DNA from: Squalus acanthias
Lineage: Eukaryota
Length of the DNA stretch: 64,000 nt
Direction of reading: 5' to 3'
Assembly: GCA_030390025.1 (NCBI GenBank)
Contig: CM059450.1
Location: 16,802,001-16,866,000, forward strand
Part shown: positions 25,601 through 37,600 of the stretch, in pieces
How the letters are laid out: every line of letters starts with the position of its first letter
Numbering within the stretch: the first letter of the stretch is position 1
Program-made: the position numbers and the translations under genes
Notes under the pieces: model-generated
Told to the model about the DNA's origin: nothing
Database searches by the model: none
Seen by the model: the letters and a program-made list of their open reading frames with translations, nothing else

Positions 25601-28600
25601 TTTTGGGGTTTCTGTACTTTTTTTTTAACTCTAGATATTTTAGACTTCCATGTTTGCTGATTACTCTCATAGCTGAGCCCTACGTCCCTGCAAGGGCTGT
25701 CAGTTGCCCAGATATCTAGGTGAAATTCATCGTCGTTAGTTTATTTCAACTGGTTTTATCACATGGTACTCTTTGACTTCAGAAGGCAGTAGAACAACAC
25801 TACACTGAATTTTGACTTGGGATGTAACTGTCAAACAATGATAGTGCAAACTAATAATGGTAATGACACAACATATATTTTTACCATAGTTATTAAGCTT
25901 TGCTAGCTCCCCGATTAGTAGACAATAATAACCAGTTAATGACTACTGCTCTAAACTATGATATAAATAATATTTCTCACATCGTAGTTGCTTTCATTTT
26001 CTTACCATCTACAAGAGCTGTCTGATTATTTCACTTAAAGGCTTCAGAGATATTCAGCAAACTGTAAAATAAAGGATGATAAATATGTTCAAAAATGACT
26101 AGGACCCAGAGTTTTAATAACTGTCTGTTAAATTCAAAAATAGCTACTAATCAAAAATATATTTGACCAAATCACAGAAGATGTTCGTATTTGAATTGAA
26201 TGGTTTGGCTCCTGCATTTGCCAGACAACAATCAGTAATTTAATCAAAATTGTGTAAAAATCAGTTGGAACAATCTTCTGTGAGTTTTTACCCCATGTCT
26301 ACTGTGACAGAATTAAGGTAATTCATACCAAGCTAGAAAATGATGTTTTAATTTTCCTGAGAAATGTGTCTTTATACCTTTTTGTATTGTGTGCATATAT
26401 GGTGTACATAAAAATGCTCTGTGTATATATAGTCTGCATATAAATGGTCTATGCATTAATGATGTGCGCAAATGTGGACTGCATATTTTTGTATTTTCCC
26501 TTGATAGAAAATGTAATAAGAACGTGTTATTTTTTTTATAGTTCAACTTTCTCCAAACCTCTTCTCAAGCTATCGAGTCATGTTTGGCACCTTGCTCCTT
26601 TCTCATGTGTAAACCTGTGCAGTCATTTTTGGCAGGCTGTTTAACCATGGATAGCTTGATCGTGTCCTCAATCAATATCTGGACACAAACCAGTCCCATG
26701 CCAATGTGGTTGACTCTTAAATGTCCTCTGAAGTGGCCGAGCAAGCCACTTGGTTGTATCGAAACAGTTACCAACGGTTTAAGAAGAGCAAATAGGGATG
26801 GGCAATAAATGCCGGTCTTGCTAGCGACGTCCACATCCTGAGAACCATTTAAAGAAAAATAACACATTTTTAAACATTTTTATACAATGTTACATTATTC
26901 AATTTAATGCGATGAGCTTTTTTTCACAGAATTATTAATTGCTGATGGTTGGCTTTCAGACTTGTTGTATTTCTCGTGACAGTGCTTATTTCTGATAGGG
27001 TTAGCTTCTGCAATCTGTCTGTAAATAAGCCCATGAGAAAATTTAGGACCAGGAGATCAGGCGAGCCCAGCCAGTGAATGTTGGACAGGGGGAGAGCATC
27101 ATAGTTGAGCCTCACTTAGATGAGGTGCAGCAGGGCTGTTGCTTCCCATGGCACTGTACCGCAGGAACATAAGAACATAAGAAATAGGAGTAGGAATAGG
27201 CCACTTGGCCCCTCGAGCCTGCTCTGCCATTCAATAAGATCACGGCTGATCTTGGGCTCAAAGCCACTTCCCTGCCCGCTCCCCATAACCCTTCATTCCC
27301 TTATCTTGCAAAAATCTGTCTATCTGCACCTTAAATGTATTTAATGACCCAGCCTCCATGGCTCTCTGGGGCAGAGAATTCCACAGATTTACGACCCTCT
27401 GAGAGAAGAAATTCCTCCTCATCTCAGTTCTAAAAGGGCGACCCTTTATTCTGAAACTATGCCCCCGCATTCTAGATTTCCCCACGAGGGGAATCATCCT
27501 CTCTGCATCTACCTTGTCGAGCCCCCTCAGTATCTTATATGTTTCAATAAGATCCCCTCTCTTTCTTCTAAATTCCAATGAGTATAGGCCCAACCTGCTC
27601 AACCTTTCCTCATAAGACAACCCCCTCATCTCAGGAATCAACCGTGTGAATCGTCTCTGAACTGCCTCCAATGCAAGTATATCCCTCCTTAAATAAGGAG
27701 ACCAAAACTGTACACGGTGGCGTCAGGAAAGGAAGGCAGAGAAAATGGGAATATTGGAAAAATAAGATTTTCATTGTTAGAATGGCCTGTTTGCTCATTC
27801 AGCTGAAAGCCTTCAACGGTAGTTTCCAGGTGATTGACCTAGATACATGCACAACGGAAAATTGGTATCTGTGGTTTCCTTTATGCTAACATCTCGGGCA
27901 GGTTCTAATCACGAATTTTCATGTTAATATAAATAGAATCATAGAATGATACAGCACAGAATGAGGACATTTGGCCCATCCTGCCTGCCTGAGCCGGCGC
28001 TCTGAAAGAGCGATCCAATCAGTCCCACTCCCCCGTTTTTTCCCCATAGCCCAGCAAATATTTCCCCTTCAAGTATTTGTCCAATTCCCTTTTCGAAGTT
28101 ACAATTGAATCTGCTTCCACCACCCTTCCAGATCATAACAACTCATGCGTAAATTATTTTCCTCATCTCGCCTTTGGTTCTTTTGCCAATCAACTTAAAT
28201 CTGTGTCCTCTGGTTACCGACCCTTCAACCACTGAAAACAGTTTCTCCTTATTTACTCGCTCAAAACCATTCAAGATTATGAACTCCTCTATCAAATCTC
28301 TCCTTAACCTTCTCTGCTCTAAGCAGAACAACTGGGATAGAATTAGTGTAAAAGGAATCGAGGGCGCAGAATTCTTAAAATGCATTCAGGAGAACCTTTT
28401 GAGCCAGTACGTAACAAGCCCAACAAGAGAGGGGGAGGTTCTGGATTTAGTTTGAGGGAATGAAGCTGGGCAGGTGGAAGGGGTATCAGTGGGAGAGCAC
28501 TTTGGTGGTAGTGATCATAATTTGGTTAGATTTAGTGTAGTTATGGAAAAGGACAAAGATAGACCAGGTGTAAAAGTTCTCAGTCGGGGAAAGGCCAATT

Positions 28601-31600
28601 TTACTAAGCTGAGATGGGATTTAGCAAAAGTGGACTGGAAACAGCTACTTGAAGGTAAAGCAGTATCAGAGCAATGGGAGGCATTCAAGGAGGAGATTGT
28701 GAGGGTTCAGAGCAAATACGTTTCCACAAAAAAAAGGGTGGGACTCCCAAATCTAGAGCCCCCTGGAGGTCAATGAGCATACAGGGCAGGATAAGGAAAA
28801 AAAGGGAGGCTTTCGTCAGATACAGAGAGCTCAATACTATAGACAGCTTAGAGGAGTATAGAAAGTGCAGGGGTGAAATTAAAAAGGAAATTAGGAAAGC
28901 AAAGAGAGGGCATGAAAAAATATTGACAAGTAAAATCAAAGAAAACCCAAAGATGTTTTATAAATACATGAGGGGAGCAGAGAAATTGAGACGGCCGATG
29001 TCACGCCGGCAATTCGCAATGAAAAGATCTATAGAGGGTAAGAGGCCAGAGGGAGGGGCCCAGGTAGAACGAGAATGCTGAAAACGAGAGAAAGGGTCAG
29101 CTGTGTGGCGGGGGGGGGGGGGGTGGGAAGACCCCTGGCACTAGTTAGGCTACAGCTAGAATACTGCGTCGAGTTCTGGTCACCACATTACAGGAATGAT
29201 GTGATTGCACTAGAGTGGGTGCAGAGGAGATTTACGAGGATGTTGCCAGGACTAGAGAATTTTAGCTATGAGGAAAGATTGGATAGGCTGGGTTTGTTTT
29301 CTTTGGAACAGAGGAGGCTGAGGGGAGACCTAATTGAGGTGTATAAAATTATGAGGGGCCTAGATAGAGTGGATAGGAAGGAGCTATTTCCCTTAGCAGA
29401 AGGGCCAATAACCAGGGGGCATAGATTCAAAGTAATTGGTAGAAGGATTAGAGGGGAGTTGAGGAGAACTTTTTTCACCCAGAGGGTGGTGGGGGCTCTG
29501 GAACTCACTGCCTGAAAGGGTGGTAGAGGCAGAAACCCTCATCACATTTAAAAAGTACTTGAAGTGCTGTAACCTACAGGGCTACGGACCAAGAGCTGGA
29601 AAGTGGGATTAGGCTGGAGAGCTCTTTTCTCGACTGGTGCAGACACGATGGGCCGAATGGCCTCCTTCTGTGCCGTAAATTTCTAAGATTCTATGAACCC
29701 CAGTTTTTCTCTAGTCTCTCCTCGTAACTGAAGTCTTTCATCCCTGGTACCATTCTAGTAAATCTCTTCTGCTAGTAATTCTCTCTAATGCCTTGAAATC
29801 CTTCCTAAAGTGTGGTGCCCAGAATTGGACACAGTACTCCATCTGGAGCCTAACCAGCATTTTATAAAGGTTTAGCATGACTTCCTTGCTTTTGTGCTCT
29901 AATCCTCTATTTAGAGAATCCTAGAAATAGATTCTGTCTTTGAACCCTCAAGTACATTTTCGCAGAAGGAACAGGGAGAGGCAATATACACTTAATGGCA
30001 CAGTTTTAAAGAGTGTGCAGGGACAGAGGGACCTGGGAGTTAATGTGCAGAGGTCCCTGATGGTGGTGGGGCATATTGAGAGAGTGGTTAGCAAAGCATA
30101 TGGGATCTTGGGTTTCATAAATAGAGGTATTGAGTACAGAAGTAGAGAAGTTATGCTGAACCTTTATAAAGCGTTGTTAGGCCATAACTGGAGTATTGCG
30201 TCCAGTTCTGGTCACCACACTTTAGGAAGGATATGAAGGCCCTTGAGAGGGTGCAGAGGAGATTTACCAGAATAGTTCCGGTGATGGGGGATCTTAGCTA
30301 CAAGGACAGGTTGGAGAAGCTGGATTTGTTTTCATTAGAGCAAAGGAGGTTGAGGGGTGATTTGATAGAGGTGTACAAGATTATGACGGGTTTGGATAGG
30401 CTAGACGGGGAAAGGCTGTTCTCACTAGTTGATGGTACAAGGACTAGGGGACACAGATTTAAGGTTTTGGGCAAGAGATACAGGGGGGATGTGAGGAAAA
30501 TCTTTTTTACGCAGTGAGTGGTGAGGACCTGGAACTCGCTGCCGACGGAAGTGGTGGAAGCGGAGACACTCAATGTTTTCAAGGGGAGACTGGATAGGGA
30601 AATAAACTTGCAGGGCTATGGGGATAGAGCGGGGGAATGGGACTGACTGGATTGCTCTACAGAGAGCCGGCATGGACTCGATGGGCCGAATGGCCTCCTT
30701 CTGTGCCTCTAAGACTGTATGACATAACCCCTATCTAGTGCTTTAATAGCCTCTTTGATCAATAATGTCTCCCTCCCCCCTCAATTTTTTCCTTCCCTAT
30801 CTTTCCTGAATGCATGGTAGCCAAGAATATCAAGTGCCCAATCCTCCCCTTGTTTAAGCCAGGTCTCCCTCCGTTATTGCCACGATATCACAATCCCATG
30901 TGGCTACTTGTGCCTGCAATTCACCAACCTTGTTTACCATGCTCTGGGCATTTACGCACAGGCACCCTAAACCCATCTTAGTCTGCCTCGCATTTCCCCC
31001 CCTGTCTGATCCCAATTAGTTCTGAACTATTCTCTATTCTAATGCTGCTTGTCTCTCTCAGTTCTCTGTGCCCCTTGTATCTCCTCTCTAATGCTTCATC
31101 CTGGTGCCCCTCCTCCAGCCAAATTAGCTTAAACCTTCCCCCACAGCACTAGTTAACCTCCCCGCGAGGACGTTGGTCCCAGCCCTGTTGAGGTGCAACC
31201 CGTGCATCTTGTACCGGTCCCTCCTGCCCCAGAACTGGTCCCAATGAAGTGGCCACCCACTCGCTATCCTCCTGGACTCTCTGTAGCTGCAAGGGTGACC
31301 ACCTCCTGAAACGTGCGCTCCAGGAAATTCTCAGCCTCCCGTATGCCCAGCAGTGACTCCGGCCGCTCCTCAAGCTCAGAAACCCTGAGCTCCGAGTTCG
31401 AGCAACTGGAGGCACTTCCTGCACACATGCTTATCCAGGACACACGAAGCGTCCTGGAGTCCCCACATGGCTCAGGAATTCCAGACAACGGGTCCCATCA
31501 TTTTGTTGAATGTTCTATCGACTTACGTTTTATATATAGTGTGCAAATTGGCTACGGCGTTTCCTACAGTGATTACACTTCAAAAGTATTTATTTGGCTG

Positions 31601-34600
31601 TAAAGCGCTTTGGGATGTCCTGAGGTCATGAAAGGTGCTATAGAAATGCAAGTCTTTATTTATTTATTTATTTTAGTATCCCCTTACATCTATTTATTGT
31701 GGTCATAGCATGGGGGTATGGTAGCACAGTGGTTATATTACTGGGCTAGTAATCCAGAGGCCTGGACTAATGATCCAGTTCTAAATCTCACCACGGTAGC
31801 TGGGGAATTCAGTTAATTAAATAAATCTGGAATAAAAAGCTAGGATCAGTAATGGTGACCATGAAACTACTGGATTGTCGTAAAAACCCATCTGGTTCAC
31901 TAATGTCCTGGGAAAGGAAATCTGCCGTCCTTACCCGGTCTGGCCGATATGTGACTCCAGACCCACAGCAATGTGGTTGATTCTTAACCACCCTCTGAAG
32001 TGGCCCAGCAAACCACTCAGTAGTATTCAAGAAGGCAGCTCACCAATACCTTCTCAAGGGCAATTAGGGATGGGCAATAAATGCTGGCGATGTCCACATA
32101 CCGTGAATGAATAATAAAAAAAATATGATGTATACCAGATTTTTATTTAATGCAATTTGGATCCCTTTAATGTTGGTGTCCTCTGCTTAGTTAATTTTAA
32201 TTTTATCCCCTTTGATCTAACTAATTACTGATTATTTATATATATTAAATTACTCAGAACCTCCTTCCCACGCTCACCAAATTTCCGTCGCCACTCTGTT
32301 ATGCAAATTCACCCAGCTCTGTGCTCACAGCTCTCTATATTAAGAGCTGCTGTGGTTGTTTTGAATGACTGAGATAGCAATCGACCGAGCACAATTTCTT
32401 GTAGTGTTGCACGTTATTCTTTAAAGAACTAGCCTGATAGGATCACCACAAACTACATTCATGTAGGAAGTTGTAAAACTGAAATTTTATTCTGCTACTT
32501 ACTAATGTTTCGATCCTTCCCTCTGTACCTTTGACCTTTTACTCCCCAATTCATATCACATCCAAATAGTTCTCTCTCGACCTTTGTCTGCCTATTTGTC
32601 TATTAGTCTGTCTATCTGAGTCTGTCTGTCCATCTATCTCTGATTTCTGATGAAAAGGCACCTCCTAAAGCAGCAATCTATTTTTCTTTTTCAATGTTGA
32701 CGGTCCTGTGCATTTCTACCATTTGCTGTTTTCATTCCCAAATTTCAGTGTTTGTCATTTTTTGTGTTATATCTTTTTTGTCTGTCCATCTATCTATTCC
32801 ACCCCATCTATCTAACCCACCAAGTTTATCGTTCTAATCGAACTCTCATCAATCTGTCTCTAACTTATCTCTATTTATATTATCAATCTAATCTAGAAGC
32901 TATCTATTTATCATCCATTAATCAGATGCTTCAGGCTGTGGACAGTGCACCTACCTGGGTTGCAGCCTGGCCAGAGAAGTCGTTATCGACGCGGAAGCAT
33001 CCTGCAGAAGCACCGAATTCAGATCAGCTTTTTGGCCAATTCCGTGTGCGCCTCTGGGACGAGAGAGAGCGGCGTCAGCCTGCAAACCGAGCTCAGAGTA
33101 TACAGGGCTGCCGTTCTGACCACCCTGCTTTATGCCGGCGAAACTCGGACAACATATTCATGCCGCGTTAAGAAAGTGACGACCGTCTGAGACGACCAAT
33201 GAAGATCAGATGGCAAGGCAAGATCCCTGACACTGAAGTTCTCAAATGAGCTGACACACCAGGCGTGGATGCTCAGATCACGAAGGCACAGCTACGATGG
33301 TCGGGTCATGTGGTGTGAATGTCCGATGAATGATTTCCGAAGATCTTTTGACGGCGCATTTGACAACAGGGAGTGATTTTGTGGTGGACAGCAAAAGAGA
33401 TAAAGAGACTGCTTGAAAGCGACTGTGAAATAGAGGTCTATCAGCGGGAACAACTTGCTCAAGATAAGAAAGCACGCCCGTGTAGGTACCTCCTACTCTG
33501 AGGCCCATCGCATTGCTGATGCTGAATGTAAACGCCGGCTGAGGAATCAAGATCCCCAAACCTGGCACACCCGGGATCCACTGTTCAATCTGCAGACGCT
33601 CATTCCAAGCAAAAATAGATCTCATCGGTCACCAAAGAACTCACTGCAAAAAAAGGAGATGATATTCTGGCTGTCTTCTTTGATATCGATGGACAAATGG
33701 CAACAACATTTTTCTGTCTATTCTTTTGTCTTTCTCTGTCTATCTATTTGTTGGTTTATTATCTGTCTATCAACTTGTCTTTCTCTATCACCTGTGGCTC
33801 AGTGGGCAGCACTCTCGCCTCTGAGTCAGCAGGCCGTGGGTTTCAAGCCCCACTCCAGAGACTTGAGCACAAAAATCTAGGCTGACACTCCAGTGCAGTA
33901 CTGAGAAAGTGCTGCACCGTCGGGGGTGCCGTCTTTCAGACGAGATGTTAAACCGAGGCCTTGTCTGCCCTCTCAGGTGGACGTAAACGATCCCACGGCA
34001 CTATTTCGAAGAGCTGGGGACTTCTCCCTGGTGTCCTGGCCAATATTTATCCCTCAATCAACATCACCAAAACAGATTATCTGGTCATTATCACATTGCT
34101 GGTTGTGGGAGCTTGCTGTGTGTAGATTGGCTGCCGCGTTTCCTACATTACAACAGTGACTACACTTCAAAAAGTACTTCATTGGCTGTAAAGCACTTTG
34201 GGACGTCCGGTTGTTGTGAAAGGCGCTGTAGAAATGCAAGTCTTTCTTTTTTTTTAATCCGTCTATCTATTTGCCTATCCCTCTATCTCTATCAATGGAT
34301 TTTCCAATTCTTAATCACAGCCTGCACTGGAAGGAATGTTACAACATTTCCTCAGTACCAATGCCCAGTAAAAAGCTCTCCCTTTTTTAAACTCAGTTAG
34401 TGGAAAAGAACACAACTTGACCATGAAAAGGGTGCGCTATCGCCCTCTAGAAATGAACGTTTATGCACTCTGATCAATTATTTATATTTCAGGAGCATCT
34501 GAAAATAGGGATGAAAGGAGAAAAGGAGGATCCAATTGCGTTGTTACTGGATTTGTGGGAAATGATGTGCAGTTTATGTGGGATGTGACGTTGAGTAACG

Positions 34601-37600
34601 GAAGTGCGACTGGTGCGAGCACCAAAGGACAAGCTAAGAGCTTCAGCATCAAATGCAACATCACCCTTGAGGATAGCCTGGGAATAATGGAGATCTGCCA
34701 GTGTGACACCAAGGCTACAACAGTGGCAATTCCCATGGTAGACAGTAAGTTGTGTTTAATACACAAAAGAAGATAGCGTTATATAGAGAACATGATACTA
34801 GACGACTACAGTTTGATAAATCAGAAGCATTATACCCTAGTAAGACAGTGCAGATTATTACACAGAGTACAGGAGGGCTGTATCTGTGTGCCACACATGG
34901 GTGTGCAGTTCACCTTTATCAGTGCGGCAAAATGGACAGTAGCAGATCAGTCGCTCGTTATACACCTTCCTGATGTTCTTTTCTATTGACCTTAAAGGGA
35001 ACATGAATTGGGCAGCGTGTATCGGGGTGCCAATCCACTACCGTCCGCTTTGCACTCCCACCAATAGGAACAGTAGCGTAGTGGTTATGTTACGGAACTA
35101 GTAATCCAGCAGACCTGGACTAATGATCTGGAGACAGGAGTTCATAATCCCACCACAGCAGCTGGGGTTCAATTCAATAAATCTGGAATAAAAAGCTAGT
35201 ATCAGTAATGGTGACAATGAAACTACTGGTTTGTCGTAAAAACCCATCTGGTTCACTAATGTCCTTTAGGGAAGGAAATCTGCTGTCCTTACCCGGTCTG
35301 GCCTATATGTGACTCCAGACCCACAGCAATGTGGTTGTCTCTTAACGGCCCTCTGAAATGGCCTAGCAAGCCAAATGGCTCACCACCACCTTCTCAAGGG
35401 CAGTTAGGGGTAGGCAATAAATGCTGACTTTCCGAGTGAGGCCCACATCCCGTGAAGGAATTCAAAAAAAAAGAACAAGGGTCACAAATTTAAGTTGTGT
35501 AGGCCAGATGTCAGGAGGTGGTTCTTTTCCCAGAGAATAGTGGACCTCTGGAACAGGCTGATTCGCTGAATTCCTTCAAGCAAGAGCTGGGCCTGTTTCT
35601 GGCTGGGGTGGGCACTGCAGGGAATTCAGGGCCAGAGCGAGCAAATGATCTAGTTTCAATCGCCTAGATGAGTCGGAGAGGAATTTCCCAGATTTTTTCC
35701 CCCCAAATTGGCATGGGGTTTTTAAATCTTTTTTCGCCTCTCCCAGGAGATCACATGGTTTCGGGTGGAGCGTGTATATATTGTGATACACAAGGCATCG
35801 CAACTGTGTGGGACAGGCTGGATGGACCAGAGGGTCTTTACCTGTCCGTCATTGTATGAATTTCACCCCAACGTGTGGTTTTATAACATATACACTCGTG
35901 GATCCCTCACCGCAGTGAGTTGGAGGACTCACTGTTTCACCCCTTGCAGCTTACAGTATATTATCTAGCTCACTGATTTATGGTGATTGCATCAGTAAGA
36001 TTGTGTTGTTACTGTGGGAGTGTCAGTGGCGTTTTTTGGGCTTCGCTTCCATGATTCTGCGCATATTTGCACAGAAATTGTAAATAGGTTGCCTTGATTA
36101 CTATTAAATATTAGTTTAACCATAGAGTTGATTTTATCCTTACCTTTTATTAAAGCCCTGATGGTAGTGGACAGGATCCAGGTTGCAGGTGGATAGGAGA
36201 TTGGTTCCAATAATGTCTGTAGGACTGCTGGTGGAGAAGGGCCTGTGGGTTAGTAGCACTGGGAGGGTTGTCATGGGCTCTGCGTCTGCTCAGAGTAGGG
36301 GGGGTTACGGGCCATGGAAACATGGGAGGGCTGCAAAGATCTGGGTGAGCCAGCAGGGAGTTATGGCGTATGGGAACATAGGGAAAGACAGTCTATTTTT
36401 TTTTATGAGCACTGGGAAGGGGGTACTCAGATCTAATAGGCGTGGGGAGGGGTAGTCCTGACATTTGGGATGAGTGGATGTGGGAGGTGGGGTATGGGAC
36501 CACTGGCAGGGGCAGTTATAGGAAGGCTGAATTTGAGGTTTGGCAACATTGGGATGATGGTGGCAGTATGTGGAGGAACTAGGATGTAGAGTGGGGGAGT
36601 AGCAGGTGGGACATCCCATGGGCTGATAGGACCAGTGGAAACGGGTAGGATTGGGTTACAGGCCCAATAATTTTAGAAGTTGCAAATGGATGGTACTTTG
36701 GACAACAGTGTCAGAGCACCACTTATCTTGGAAGATGGGAGTTCCCAGTGGTAAGTATGCAATGGTGTCACCTACCTTGGATACCAAGCTTGGAACAACT
36801 CAATCAGAGGTAAGTAAAATAAATAGGTAATAACAGAAATAGTGCAATGGGAAAGTGTTCCAGGAAGCACACACTATATGTCGACTTTTAATATATTAGA
36901 GACATATAGAGAAGCCTTATACCCAATAACATACTGTGTATTATATATAGAGCAGCACAGTATGTTACATGTTGTATTGTAACAATTTGGGGGTTTTTGT
37001 GCTAGATTTTCTCTTGGGTTCACTGTCACCGATCATTCCCTTAAGTGGACCCTGTGTCCCCTATAATAGAGTGCACCTTTTACCACCCAATATCTAGTTA
37101 AACGATAGAATGACCCAGGGATCTTAACATAGACCCCTTGCTCCACATATTGGCAGCAAAGTATCACACTTCCCACCATGTCCTCTCTTTACGGAAGGCG
37201 GACTTAAAAGCTTGCTATTGAAACAGGGCACGTCTTCAAACTGGTTGATTTGACCCTTTTTATAATTTACTCTTTTACAGCTTTTATAGTGAAGATGAGC
37301 ATTTTCCTATACTCCTTGGTTTATGAAAAATAATGAATAGACCACCTTACTACTTCTCTGAGCATTGACCCAACTTCAAGCTTACCTAGTCCTAAGCTAG
37401 CTGGTCTGGGCTTTCTGTTGCTGACTATTAGGGCACTGCTCACCCATATCAGAGAGAGAGAGAGAGATTTATCTGTCACCTGCCTTAATTCTATATGTAG
37501 ACAATATGCAACTTATGATTTAATTCACCCGCAGTGGATATTCCGTTAGCATTAGCTGTAGCCTTCATTGGTAACCCAATGCTATGATCATTTCAGCTAA

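Noticed and set aside
32301-32308. Octamer ATGCAAAT in the V-C intron as an Ig-type intronic enhancer
   Set aside because: Single 8-mer, probably within the 5' region of a minus-strand LINE; no supporting motif cluster
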